Assembly: GCF_028641065.1 (NCBI RefSeq)
Contig: NC_073382.1
Location: 37,138,001 to 37,202,000, forward strand
Reading direction: 5' to 3'
Source: Leucoraja erinacea
Taxonomy: Eukaryota
Length of the DNA stretch: 64,000 bases
Shown piece after piece: positions 12,781 through 25,072 of this stretch. How positions within the stretch are numbered: the first letter of the stretch is position 1; each line of letters starts with the position of its first letter. The position numbers and the translations under genes were made by a program. The notes beneath the pieces are model-generated. The model was not told the DNA's origin. It saw only the letters and a program-made list of their open reading frames with translations, and made no database searches.

Positions 12781-13552
12781 TTGGGACTGAGAAAGTATCA
12801 ACTGCACTTTGTCAATTCACAAATGGAAGTACCTGCTTCTATTTCATGATAGATACATCGTCACCTGTAAAATAGTTGCAAAATCTACCTGTATGCGTAA
12901 TATGCATATTAAAATCTTACTGCAATCGGGTGCAATTTTAGCAGGCTTGATTTAAAACCCGTTCCATTCCACAGCTTGAATACTGTACAAGACTGTATTG
13001 CTATCATCAGCCTTGTCAGAAATTCAGAAATTAAACATGAATGAAAATGAATCAAGCCTTCAAAAATGTGACCATTACTATTAATGCAATACAGCAATAA
13101 AGGATATAAGACATTTTAATATACAAAGTACTTCAAAATATTTAACAACTTAAAAACCATTGAAATAAAGTAAATTAAAAGATACTAATATAGCTTAACA
13201 AATGTTCCTCTTCATTGATCTGAATGGAGATGTTTTTCCTGAATCAGGTTAAACCTGATGCAGGTTGTTCAAGCAAATCTGGTTGATTGGAGAATTGCTA
13301 GAAATAAGTTGTTTGTTGCATCAAAGTATTGGTAAAATGCCAGTAGACAGCAGTCAGCATGTTTAAAAAAACTGAACTTCCTAATGTGTAAATGCAGAAT
13401 TGCAGGCAGCTAAGCACAGAATTGCTGAGATTTTCACCGGAGAACCCTGGCCAGCAAATCTGTTTCAGTTAAGCTCTCCAACTAGATATTATATATTCAG
13501 TGGCTCTATTTGAATAAGTACATGGATGTCATAAGTGCACGGATACATACAT

Positions 13553-14515
13553 TCAAAAGACAAAGTTCTGTAGTAACAGCATGACATGCAGCACCCGAAG
13601 AGGGAATAGACAAATTACATTTTCGGTCAGGTCTCTGCATCAGACTGATGGAGTGAGGGTGGGGAGGAGAAAACTGGAAAGAGAGGGGAGAAATGTGCAG
13701 TGCTGTGGTGCATCTGGTAAAGCTGCCATCTCACAGTGCCCGAAATCCAGGTTCAATTCTGATCTCAAGTGCTGTCATGTTCTTCTTGTGACCGCATAGA
13801 TTTCCACCAGTTGTTCCGGTTTCCTCACAGATCCCAATGACGAGTGAGATTGTAGGTTAATTGGCCTCTGTAAATTGCCCCTCATGTGTAGGGAGTTGAT
13901 ATTAAAGTGGGAATACATAGAACTAGTACGGACAGGTGACCCAGTGGGCTGAAGGGCCTGTTTCCATGCTGTATCTTTCAAAACAATTCAATTCAGTGGG
14001 TGGAGCAGGAAGCAAAGTTAGGTAAGTGGTAGGTGGATATAAGTGATGGGGATTGAGTGGCAGATAGATGGAGGGAATGATGAAGGATAGAGGTGAAAAG
14101 GAGGCAAAGGGTGTCAGATAAGGAAAAACAAGGAGGAGGGAAATGTTAACCAGTGGGATAAAAAATGAAACAGAGGGCTTGGAGATGGAAGGGTGTGGGA
14201 GATCAGCATAAGGAGGAGGGGAATAGAGCAAGGTGACAGAGATGGTGGGAGAAATATGTATGTACCAATATGGAGGATGGGGTGAGAGAAGATGGTATAG
14301 GGGGTATTATGTTAAATATGGGAATTTAATGTTCATACTGTTGGGTTGTAGCTTAATTAATTAAGTTGAATATGAAGTGCTATTTCTCCAGTTTGCATGT
14401 GGCCTCACACTAGCAGTGTACAGTAGGAGGCCAAGGACAGAAGCATCATCAGTCCATTCCCTCCACAGATGCTGCCTGACCTGTTAAGTTCTCCAAGCAT
14501 CTGCAGTCTCTTGTG
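13553..14515 (-). mobile_element. Penelope-like element 3' fragment with inverted terminal piece, interrupted by a V-SINE
   Basis: 14320-14440 is the reverse complement of the GIY-YIG C-terminal region (compare KLEKEHLIFRL..PNGMSIE at 50084-50290); purine-rich linker; inverted 3'-end copy at ~14447-14515. Confidence 0.7.
13697..13995 (+). mobile_element. HE1-like tRNA-derived V-SINE with CR1-type tail
   Basis: Head GGTAAAGCTGCCATCTCACAGTGCC..CCAGGTTCAATTC; V-domain TCCGGTTTCCTCACA; tail GAAGGGCCTGTTTCCATGCTGTATCT. Confidence 0.85.
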
Positions 14516-15597
14516 TGTGGATTCGCCTCATACACTGACCAACATTCCTCTCTCAATGAAATAATTCAAAATATATTTTATAGTCATTTATTTTGTATGC
14601 TGTTTATGGAACCTCAATATGTGTAACTGGGTTGTTGCATCTGTTGACAAAACATAATAATTAAACCTTCATTTTTGATTCTTAAATATTTTGGGAAATT
14701 CTAAGGTTATATACTGGCCTGGAATTTTTTGGCTAGTGGTGAAGCAGACTGTGAACTTTGTATTACCTCTACCAAAACACGAACTTCACCATTACTGGAT
14801 CTCAGTTGCCGTCAGGCATCAGTGCCAAGAGGAACCCTGGCATCCAGCAATTACAGTGTCCTCAGACTGCCTGAGTAACCAATCAGATTCCAAAATTCCC
14901 ACAGACAAGGAAAAAAATGTACAATTTTAGCCGACTCATAAAATGGTTTCTGGAAGGCTACACAAATGTTAGAGCAAGAACATAAAATTAAAGTGGAAGC
15001 TAAAACGGATAAAATATAGACAACACCGTTCTTTATTACTTTTATTATTTTACAACCCAATAGGGAGAGATTCATCCACAGTTGTGTGAACTAAATGGAA
15101 AATGTAGTTAAATATTTTCATTGAACTCCATTTAGAAATAAAATTAACCCAATTTCTCAAGCATAGTTCAACCTGTACACATTATAACATTCTGCAGAGA
15201 ATTAATTTATATCCTATTATGTTATGAAATATTTATGTGAAGGAATTACATTCCAGGTCGTTGGAATTAAAGGGACAAAATTAGAATGTACTAGAACATT
15301 AGTATTGGACTCACCAACGCAATCTTTTTCATCTCTCAACCTGCATCTCTTGCATCTGGTGCAGCACATACAAAGTTATTGCTCCCACCTTGTCATGTTG
15401 ACAGAAGCAACGGTTATATCAAAGAGTATTGTTTATTAACTTTTCTACACAGGATATGGTTTTGTGCGTGGCTTAAGTTTGGATTCAGGAGTTATGAAAT
15501 AATAAAGATCTAGCAGGCATTAACTCAAACATGAACTCATCTTTAGGTAAAACGTATTCTAATGTAAATAGTGAGCAGTAAACGGTTTGAAAATAAA

Positions 15598-15753
15598 AGG
15601 ATGACACAAAATGCTGGAGTAATTCAGCAGGACAGGCAGCATCTCTGAAGAGAAGGAATGGGCGGCATTTCTGGTTGAGACCCTTGTTCAGATCCTTCTG
15701 AAGAAGCATATCAAGCATTTTGTGTAAACCAGCATCTGCAGTTCCTCCCTACA
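15598..15753. mobile_element. Penelope-derived palindromic short element (internally deleted)
   Basis: GACACAAAATGCTGGAGTAATTCAGC...GACCCTTGTTCAGA..CTGAAGAAG..CAGCATCTGCAGTTCC. Confidence 0.75.
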
Positions 15754-16159
15754 CTTGAAATTAAAAGGACAGCTTTGTAAACAACAAGTGCTGCCTACAG
15801 AGCACAGGCTGGTCAAGAGATGTGGTTTGTAAAGTGATATGATCTTGAAACGCACAGTCAGCATCAGCCAAATATAAAACATGGGGACTATGTTATTTGG
15901 CCAACATGAAACCAGGAATCAAACATCTTCAGTTAAATTATTTTGCACCATAGTGGCAGAGATGAAGGAAGCTTCCAGACCAGACTTATTTTGTCACCGA
16001 GCACATCAAACATCATCATAAGCACATTGCTCTGTGTGTCAATGATTGAAGTACTTCTGTACTCAGAGAGTCAGGTGTTACAACACAAATGTTGGATTCT
16101 GGGCCCCCAGAAGCTCTCAGATAGCCTATGGAATTACTTTGTCCAGCAAAGGTATGTTA

Positions 16160-16947
16160 ACATAGAAACATAGACATAGAAACATAGAAAATAGGTGCAG
16201 GAGTAGGCCATTCGGTCCTTCGAGCCTGCACCGCCATTCAATATGATCATGGCTGGTCGTCCAACTCGGTATCCTGTACCTGCCTTCTCTCCATACCCCC
16301 TGATCCCTTTAGCCACAAGGGCCACATCTAACTCCCTCTTAAATATAGCCAATGAACTGGCCTCAAATACCTTCTGTGGCAGAGAATTCCAGAGATTCAC
16401 CACTGGAATGTTGTGAAAAGAAAATTCCTCATCTCAGTCCTAAAAGATGTCCCCCTTATCCTTAAACTGTGACCCCTTGTTCTGGACTTCCCCAACATCG
16501 GGAACAATCTTTCTACATCTAGCCTGTTCAACACCTTAAGAATTTTGTAAATTTCTATAAGATCCCCCCTCAATCTTCTACATTCTAGCGAGTACATGCC
16601 GAGTCTATCCAGTCTTTCTTCATATGAAAGTCCTGACATCCCAGGAATCAGTCTGGTGAACCTTCTCTGTCCTCCCTCAATGGCAAGAATGTCTTTCCTC
16701 AAATTAGGAGACCAAAACTGTACGCAATACTCCAGGTGTGGTCTCACCAAGACCCTGTACAACTGCAGTAGAACCTCCCTGCTCCTATACTCAAATCCTA
16801 TTGCTATGATTGCTAACATACCATTTGCTTTCTTCACTGCCTACTGCACGTGCATGCCTACTTTTAATGACTGGTGTACCATGACACCCAGGTCCTGTTG
16901 CATCTCCCCTTTTCCTAATCGGCCACCATTCAGATAATAGTCTACTT
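16160..16947 (-). mobile_element. CR1 LINE 3' fragment (young subfamily)
   Basis: ORF 16397-16837 KKANGMLA..RPHLEYCVQFWSP; (ATAGAAAC)n tail. Confidence 0.95.
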
Positions 16948-17442
16948 GACATACTTAACATTCAGAGGTGTCTTGCCAGTTACAGTATGCTACCCCTGTA
17001 AAAATGTAATATAATGCAACAAATTTGTCTGACTTAAAATACTGAATGTCACTGTAGCTATTGAAATTGTATTGAATCACCTGCTGTTATCTTTGTTCTT
17101 AAATGTATAGAAGCTTAATGTACTTTGGGTTTGGAGAGATTCTACTCAGTCTCTCCATGACAATGCCTGCTTGTCATAATGAATAAAGACGTTGATATCT
17201 ACCAGCTTCAGTACCTTCAGTGATTCAGTTCACAGTAGTTTCCATCAGTTGAAACTATTTATGATTTCTTAATGTCCTATCTGCTTCCCCAAAATGGAAG
17301 TTTATTAATGCTTTCATTTTGGTGATGAAAGTCAATTGACAGGCTTAGGAATTTTGGAGTAAGTCAGTGTTAAGCAACAACACTGAATTTCAGATTAGTC
17401 TGTGACAACCATGATGGAGAGAGAAAGAACATATATCTATAA

Positions 17443-18648
17443 AGGGCCTGTCCCACTTACGCAACTTTTCAGCAACTGTTGATCTTCAAGCTCGGGGGCA
17501 CTCGCCTGAAAAAGCGCGAGCTGCATCAACCATCAGCGATGAAACCNNNNNNNNNNNNNNNNNNNNNNNNNNNNNNNNNNNNNNNNNNNNNNNNNNNNNN
17601 NNNNNNNNNNNNNNNNNNNNNNNNNNNNNNNNNNNNNNNNNNNNNNNNNNNNNNNNNNNNNNNNNNNNNNNNNNNNNNNGGAAAGCAGGGGAGTGCTGTC
17701 TGAAATTCACATGGTGCAAAGTCAAGTTGATACCCGCGATGAACAGGAAGGTAAAATACGGCAGGCACAGTGTAGGTAAAGGGCCTGTCCCACTTGCATC
17801 CAATTGCATGCGTTTGGCGCGACCAAACAGAAGCAGAGTTCACGCGAAGTTCACGAAAAGTTCACGCTAAGCAGGCACTAAATACGCACTAAGTACGTGC
17901 TAAGTTCGCGCTAAGTTCGCGCGTGACGTAATTTGCGTCACACTTACCAATCAGCTGGGCAGGAGGCGGGCTGACTGAATTTGGGCATCGCACACGTCGG
18001 GCGGTGACGTCATCACGCAACGCCATGCCGGGCGGTGACATCATCGCGCAATGCCCGTGCTAGGCATACGCCATCAAGATGCTGTGTACGCCATCAAGAT
18101 GCTGCATACGCCATCAAGACACTGCGAATGACCGCAATGCGCAATGCATGCCGACAGGCCATTGGTGAAGGGGAGAGAACGGGGAGAGAACGGGGAGAGA
18201 ACGGGGAGAGAACGGGAAGAAGGTGTGGAGACACTTTTAAGAAGCCAGACAACTTGTTATAAATTTTAGCAGGCATTTAACATTACCGGTTGGTTTTCCT
18301 TGGTTCTGAAAACTTGTGCTTACGTTTTTTTTCCCCAATGAGCAAAGGAGATTGCCTACGGCCTACGGCCATCTCGACTACCTATAACTACATGGCAACC
18401 CCACTACCACAGCACTACGAGTTCAAAAGAACCATGACGACCAATTTTACTCATGGAAAATGTTTCAGCATGTTGAAACATTTTCCTCAACCAAACTGAG
18501 GTTGCGAGTATGCGGGAACTTATCTCGAGCATGAAAGAGAGTTACAGTGACCTCCTAGGACGACGTGTCGACAATGCTGCGAGTTTGTGACGAGCGCAAA
18601 CTCTTCTAAACTCGCAAATTAGGTCACCATAGTGGGGACTGTAAGCCT
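17443..18648. mobile_element. PIF/Harbinger MITE containing a second nested Harbinger MITE (17780-18162); includes an N-gap
   Basis: TAA|AGGGCCTGTCCCACT at 17443 and again at 17780; degenerate right TIRs GACAGGCCAT (18153-18162) and AGTGGGGAC..GCCT (~18631-18648). Confidence 0.75.
17547..17679. other. Assembly gap
   Basis: N run. Confidence 1.
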
Positions 18649-19059
18649 TATTAAATAGCAGTAGCATGGAGTTGCAGTTGAGCTCAACGTTGCGAGTCTA
18701 GCATGTTTAATTGTCATATGCTCCCGGAACAGAACAATTAAATTCTTACTTGCTGCCAATTTACAGGTGGATTAGTACGAAGGCACAACAAATAACTATA
18801 CAATCATTAATAACACAATAAATGATTAGCAATACTTGATAAGCAAACCATAAATGTGCATCGGGCATGGTTGCAGTGTCATAAAAGATCCCAATGGTCA
18901 ATAGTGCTTTTATTTGTCACATTTGCAAATGCACAGTAAAATTATTTTCTTCCATAGTCCGGTATAGATGGGTATCCCTGTGTCTGCTGTTACTGTTACT
19001 GTGATTGCGCCAACTCAAGTAAAGTTTTACCTAGTATATATATATTTTTAGTAGTACAT

Positions 19060-19886
19060 ATTTTATATCGAACATGTAAAACAAAAAAAGTTTAAACAAA
19101 GCAAAATAACAATAAAATGAAATGAACTCTCATTAAATAACATCATAAACATCACAAATCTTACTCGTTTGGAAAGCAGTAGGAGGAAGTATACACTTAT
19201 TTATTCCTATCCCTTCTCTGCTATTCATCAATTAATTNNNNNNNNNNNNNNNNNNNNNNNNNNNNNNNNNNNNNNNNNNNNNNNNNNNNNNNNNNNNNNN
19301 NNNNNNNNNNNNNNNNNNNNNNNNNNNNNNNNNNNNNNNNNNNNNNNNNNNNNNNNNNNNNNNNNNNNNNNNNNNNNNNNNNNNNNNNNNNNNNNNNNNN
19401 NNNNNNNNNNNNNNNNNNATATATACAGTCTATAAACAATTATCTATATTCTATGTACAAACGCGAATATCACACTATGTCAATAAATTAAAACATAACC
19501 ACCATGACAGCCCTTCCCCCTTCTCATACCTCTGGAAAACAAAATTTTCTGCACTTCTTCTTAAATTCAGTAATGTTTATACTTTGCTTGGGTTCCACAT
19601 CCAAATCATTCCACAATTTCACCCCACAGATTTAAATACACATACTCTTCATAGTTGTACGAACACAAAGTTTATTTAAATTAAACTTTCCTCTAAAATT
19701 ATAACCACCCTCCCTGTTAAAGAACATTTTTTGTATATTACCTGGTAGTAAATTATTTCTTGCTTTATACATTATTTATGCTGTATTAAATTCTACTAGA
19801 TCAATAAACCAAGGCATTTGACTTTATAAATAGAGTTAATGTGCTCACAAAATCCTACATTATTAACTATCATGGCCCTTTTTTCG
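19060..19886 (-). mobile_element. L2-group (Crack/Daphne-like) LINE 3' fragment with 3' UTR
   Basis: Minus strand encodes MYKARNNLLPGNIQKMFFNREGGYNFRG..CVRTTMKSMC..GVKLWNDL; 3' UTR motif GGGATAGGAATAAATAAG..CTTCCTCCTAC. Confidence 0.75.
19238..19418. other. Assembly gap
   Basis: N run. Confidence 1.
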
Positions 19887-20462
19887 GACAATAGACAATA
19901 GACAACAGATGCAGGACTAGGCCATTCAGCCCCTCGAGCCATCACCGCCTTTCATTGTGATCATGGCTGATCATCCACAATCAGTACTCAGTTCCTGCCT
20001 TGACTCCGCTATCTTTAAGAGCTCGATCCAACTCTCTCATGATTCACAAACCTCTGTGAAAAAGTTTTTCCTCATCTCCGTTCTAAATGGCTTACCGCTT
20101 ATTCTGTAACTGAGGCCCCTGGTTCTGGACTCCCCCAACATCGGAAACATGTTTCCTGCCTCTAGCATGTCCAAACCCTTAATAATCTTAAGTGTTTCAA
20201 TAAGATCCCCTCTCATTCCTCTAAATTCCAGAGTATACAAGCCCAGTCGCTCCATTCTATCAACATATGACAGTCCTGCCATCTCAGGAATTAATCTCGT
20301 GAACCGACGGTGCACTCCCTCAATAGCAAGAATGTAATTCCACAAATTTGGAGACCAAAACTGCATACAATACTCCAGATGTGTTCTCACTAGGGCCCTG
20401 TACAATTGCAGAAGGATATCTTTGCGCCTAAACTCAACTACTCTTGTTATGAAGGTCAACAT

Positions 20463-20696
20463 AGGGACGACAGATGGCGCAATGGGCTAAGTGTTCGGCT
20501 GGCGACCGGAAGGTAGCCGGTTCGAATCCCGCTTGGAGTGCATACTGTCGTTGTGTCCTTGGGGCAAGACACTTCACCCACCTTTACCTGTGTGTAAATG
20601 TAATGTAATTATGTGAAGCACTTTGGGGTCAATGCAAGTTGACTAAAAAATGTGCTATATAAATAAGATAAAAAATAAAATAAAAAAAAATAAAAA
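20463..20696 (+). mobile_element. Full-length tRNA-derived CORE-type SINE with L2-like tail
   Basis: A box TGGCGCAATGGG; B box GGTTCGAATCC; CORE-like GTGTCCTTGGGGCAAGACACTTCACCC; tail TGTGAAGCACTTTG..GTGCTATATAAATAA plus A-rich run; TSD AACAT at 20458-20462 and 20697-20701. Confidence 0.88.
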
Positions 20697-21370
20697 AACA
20701 TGCCATTCCCTTTCTTCACTGCCTGCTGTATCTGCATGCTTACTTTCAGTGACTGTTGAACAAGGACCCCCAGATCTCTTTGTACTTCCCCTGTTCCGAA
20801 CTTGACACCATTCACATACTAATCTGCCTTCCTGTTTTTGCCAACAAAGTGGATAACCTCACATTTTTCTTCATTAAACTGCATCTGCCATGCATCTGCC
20901 CACTCACCCAACCTGTCCAAGTCACCCTGCATCCTCATAGCATCCTCCTCACAGTTCATACAGCCACCAAGTTTTGTGTCATCTGCAAATTTGCTATTAC
21001 TTTGAATCCCTTCATTTAAATCATGAATGTATATTGTAAATAGCTGCGGTCCCAGCACTGAGCCTTGCAGTACCCAACTAGTCTCTGCCTGCCGTTCTAA
21101 AATGGACCCGTTAATCCCTACTCTTTGTTTCCTAACTGTCAGCCATATTTCTATCCATGTCAGAACTCTACCCCAATACCATGTTATCTAATTTAGCCCA
21201 CTAATGTCCTATGTGGGACCTTATCAAATGCTTTCTGAAAGTCCAGGTACACTACATCCACTTACTCTCCCTTGTCCATTTTCCTAATTACATCCTCAAA
21301 AAATTCAAGATGATTAGTCAAGCATAATTTCCCCTTCGTAAATCCATGCTGACTCGGACCCATTCTGTTA

Positions 21371-21896
21371 AGGGCCTGTCCCACCAGCATGCGATTGCAT
21401 TCTTCTAGCGCGACCAAAACGTGGTCACTTGAGGCGTACGGCCTCATGGGGCTGGTCCCACTTCGATCGCCGGAGTCGTATGGAGTTGTGCGGGCTGGTC
21501 CCGACATTGCGCGGGGCTCCAAAAATCTTGCACTGTCCGAAAATCCGGCGCGACAACGCCTGTCGGCCCGCAACAGCATTGAGGCCGTATGCAGTGTCTC
21601 AACGGGTGTCCGCAGCGTTTCGATGGCATAGCCTAGCGCGTGGCTTTGCGCGATGACGCTACCGCCCATTGTGCCGTTGCGTGATGACGTCACCGCCCGA
21701 CGCCATGTGACGTCCAAATTCAGTCGGCCCACCACCTGCCCAGCTGATTGGTGAGTATGATGTCGTGACCAGCCCCGCACAACTCCAGACGACTCTGCAG
21801 TTCGAAGTGGGACAAGCCCTGTGAGGCCATACGCCTCAAGCCACTACGTATGGTTGCACTAGATGCATGCAATCGCATTCTGGTGGGACAGGCCAT
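21371..21896. mobile_element. PIF/Harbinger MITE with ~135-bp terminal inverted repeats
   Basis: TTA|AGGGCCTGTCCCACC...GGTGGGACAGGCCAT|TTA; removing it restores the CR1 sequence CTGTTACTGCTATC. Confidence 0.9.
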
Positions 21897-22286
21897 TTAC
21901 TGCTATCTGAATGTGCTGCTATTTCATCTTTTATCATTGACTCCAGCATCATCCCCGCCACCGATGTCAGGCTTACTGGCCTATAATTCCCTGTTTTCTC
22001 TCTCCTGCCTTTCCTAAAAACTGGGATAACATTATGTACCCTCCAATCCCCAGGAACTTATCCTGAATCAATAGAACATAGGAAAATGATCAACAATGCA
22101 TCCACAATTTATGGAGCCACTTCCTTAAGTACCCTGGGATGCAGACCATCAAGCCCTGGGGATTTATCAGCCTTAGACCCATCAGTCTACCCAACCATTT
22201 TTTACCTAATGTGAATTTCCTTCAGTTCCTCCGTCACCTACCCTCTGGTCACTAGTACATCAGGGAGATTGTTTGTGTTTTCCTTA

Positions 22287-22518
22287 TGGCCCTATCTCAC
22301 GGTGCGAGTCTACCCACGAGTGATCCCGAGTGAAAGAAAAAAACACACTCGTGGTTGTGTACGAGATTCCATGTTGATGTTCACGAGATTAAACGAGTTC
22401 CCACGTGTATGTCTAAGTTTGCCGTTTACTTCTAATTTCTGCGATGTACCAAGTTCCTCTACTGACTTACCAAATTCCTCTCCCGAGTTACTTTTGAGCC
22501 AACCGTGAATTAAGGCCT
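22287..22518. mobile_element. PIF/Harbinger non-autonomous element, second TIR type (right end uncertain)
   Basis: TTA|TGGCCCTATCTCACGGTGCG resembles the TIR at 38596/41127; possible right TIR ACCGTGAATTAAGGCC. Confidence 0.6.
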
Positions 22519-23277
22519 GTTTTAAGTATCAAATAGAGGAGCTGGACAGCATCTCATACAGTAAGTATATTCTGATTCAGTATTGAAAGTTATACAGTTT
22601 CAGAACTTAAAAAAAACATTGTGCAACAAGGAGGCAGTGGCGGCGAAGCAACAGTGTTAAAGAATACAGCTCCATCCTGCGGCTTTGAGTTAAAGATAGA
22701 ATTCAGTGCAGCCGCGCCAATTGATATGACCTACAAATGGAAAATGAGCACTGTCCAGTGCCAGAGCTAGGCTGGGATCATTCTCTGCTCTCATCTCTCT
22801 CTTGCTGTGTGTGCATTAGCAGGGGGAAGAACGGTCTGCCTCGCTGGGGCACAAGACCTCTGCTGCCTGCCCCTTGCAGCCATCAACTTGTTTGTTCCGT
22901 TGGTGTGCCTCATCTGCCCTGCTCCCATCCGAGCCCTTCCCCAGCTCTCTGCCCCATTCTCTTGGAAATGTCGCTTCCGCCACTGTAACGAGGAGGGATC
23001 CGGCTGGCTGGCTTGGTGGGTGGGTGGGTGGCTGGACAGGGAGGCGGAGTGGGTACAAACCACCGAATCCATTCTCAACAGTCGGGAAGAGCCGTTTTTC
23101 TCTGCTTCATACACGTGGGAATTCCCTCAGTATGGTCACTCAGCTGGCAGGCAGCATCTCTGGAGAGAAGGAATGGGTGACGGGATGACGTTTACAAAAT
23201 TCTGCTCCCATCCGAGAGACAACGAGGGGCTTGGAAGCACCCTAGGCTTTTTGTCTTTTAATTATAGTCTCTTACAG

Positions 23278-23295
23278 ACCCTGCTCGCTGCGCCA
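23278..23295 (-). promoter_or_regulatory. Primer-binding site complementary to the tRNA-Ser(TGA) 3' end
   Basis: Plus strand ACCCTGCTCGCTGCGCCA matches, from recall, the last 15 nt of vertebrate tRNA-Ser(UGA) plus CCA; lies 4 nt from an LTR end (minus strand ..ACA-TAAT-TGG). Confidence 0.88.
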
Positions 23296-23299
23296 ATTA

Positions 23300-24470
23300 T
23301 GTTGTGGTTTTCAATATTCAAATTAATTCAGATCACGCGGAGAATTCTTCAAGAAGTTTAAACTTTTATTTGAAAACAAAAGTTGGAGTTCCCCACATCA
23401 TCAAATCACGTGGAGCTCTCTCCCGCTCTCTCTCTCTCCAAACAAAGGGTCATCATTTTTTTATACCATTTTCAAATCAGCATGCCCACCCCGTTACATT
23501 TCCATATCCAATAATTTGCTAACATTCCCTTATTACCAGCCAATCACTTGCTCCCACTTATCCCTTCCTTCCCAGTACATTTCCACATTTGCAACAGTTA
23601 TAAGTCACATGACTCCCTTTTATGGCCCTTCCTTTGCCATGTGCATTTAACTCCTTTGTTCAGATTTCATTCCAAAAAGTGAAATTCATGAAAAATAGAC
23701 AATTTCCAGAACCCACTTCTCAAAATACAATAGATACAATGATTACTCAATTTATATATACAAGACATTCTTCCCATTAAACCTATACTCTTGGGAAAGA
23801 ATGTTACTTCTTAAACTACAATTCCACAGGGATCTAACATTTATACTCCTAATTAAACCACAATATATATTTGCCAGTTGATCTCTTTATAAATCATATT
23901 TAAACTAACATTATCTTACATTACACACTTTTAAATAGAAATTTACTTTGTCTTTACAAACTCACATCTCCTATCTTCCCAGCACAGCAATGGTCATATA
24001 AATGTCTCACTTGATTAATGATAATGGTCTCTTGGCCATCTCATACTCCCTCCCCCTTTCTTGTTTTCTCTAGGGTATGGCATTCCAACCACCACTTTGG
24101 GCCTCTTTACAACTTTGCCATAATTCTAACAACCTTATTCAAAGGATTGTTACATTTCCAGACCACCATCTCTTTCTCAAAACCTAGTCACCTCAGTTTT
24201 TATAAACATAAGGTATCCAACATAAAAATCACATATTCCTCACCCAACCACGTTCTGACCTTCCTCTTGTCCCAACATGAGTATATTTAAATGTAGCTAA
24301 AGACTGGCTCACAGACCCCGAGACTCCTTGCTATATTAGGCTAATATTAACAGTTGTCAGTCGTAAACTCTGAGCCCTTTGTGTTATAGCAGAGCTAAGG
24401 AATTTGTACTAATGAAAAACGTGTGGTCTGTGACCAAATGGCCTGTAACCTGAGAACGTCCACACTAACA
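23300..24470 (-). mobile_element. 5' LTR (~1.17 kb) of an LTR retroelement or ERV; internal region lost
   Basis: Minus strand TGTT...AACA ends; CCAAT boxes (~23508, ~23540), TATA-like GTATAAAAA (~23458-23466) and AATAAA (~23364-23369) in U3-R order; adjacent PBS. The distal end is inferred. Confidence 0.72.
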
Positions 24471-24530
24471 AACTATATTTAAATACAAATCAGATTATAT
24501 AAGATACATTTAATATAGTAGATAATATTT

Positions 24531-25072
24531 ACTATAAACACAGCTTTAGCATTTCCAAACCAAAGGCAACACAGCTTTAGCATTTCCAAACCAAAGGCAA
24601 CACAGGTTTAGCATTTCCAAACCAAAGGCAAAACAGCTTTCGCATTTCCAAACCAAAGGCAACACGGCTTTAGCATTTCCAAACTATATTTTCAAACTAC
24701 ATTAAGGGCACTGACAGGTCAGTAAAACCACTCACAGTTTAGTAGACATGTGTTCAATGTTATTCACAGCTCAGAATGAGAGACGTGACCCTTTCACTCC
24801 CCCATCTTGCAGAGACTGACTGAGTCACTCAACACTTCTGGGTTTTATTGTCCCTCCAGAAGGGGTGTGGTCTTCAGGAGAGAATCTCAACATTTTTTAA
24901 CACTAATAACTCTTTTATTTTTAATTGATGGGAAAAATCCTCTTGTCCTGCACAGCGGAGGGGGACTCTAAGTAAGATGGCCATAAATCACAGCCCTATG
25001 TGGTAGCATTTTTTCTAAAATCAATATAAAGCGCAAACAGGAAGTGATGATGATTAGACTTTCAATTATATA
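24531..25072 (-). mobile_element. Non-autonomous Helitron-like element, 5' portion, with a 31-bp tandem array
   Basis: Body is homologous to 29280-29651 (TGTTATTCACAGCTCAG, AAAAATCCTC, GGAGGGGG..CT); 5' end on minus strand CTATATAATTGAAAG; array AACACAGCTTTAGCATTTCCAAACCAAAGGC x~5 at 24537-24685. Confidence 0.65.

Larger units (their letters stand above)
19887..22286 (-). mobile_element. CR1 LINE ORF2 fragment interrupted by a SINE (20463-20696) and a Harbinger MITE (21371-21896)
   Basis: ORFs 20037-20462, 20819-21058 (FADDTKLGG) and the end of 21262-21780 (SQHGFTKGK); (GACAATA)n tail. Confidence 0.93.

Noticed and set aside
15954-16151. Possible plus-strand exon (TAG acceptor, AAG|GTATGT donor, one open frame)
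   Set aside because: The peptide is unrecognisable, the acceptor is weak, and no partner exons were found.
17479-17843. ORFs spanning N runs (also 19169-19439 and 25221-25460)
   Set aside because: They are artefacts of translating assembly gaps.
20463-20540. tRNA gene
   Set aside because: It has A and B boxes but continues into a CORE domain and L2 tail with a TSD, so it is a SINE.
23278-23295. tRNA-Ser gene or pseudogene
   Set aside because: Only the terminal 18 nt including CCA are present, next to an LTR end, so it is a PBS.
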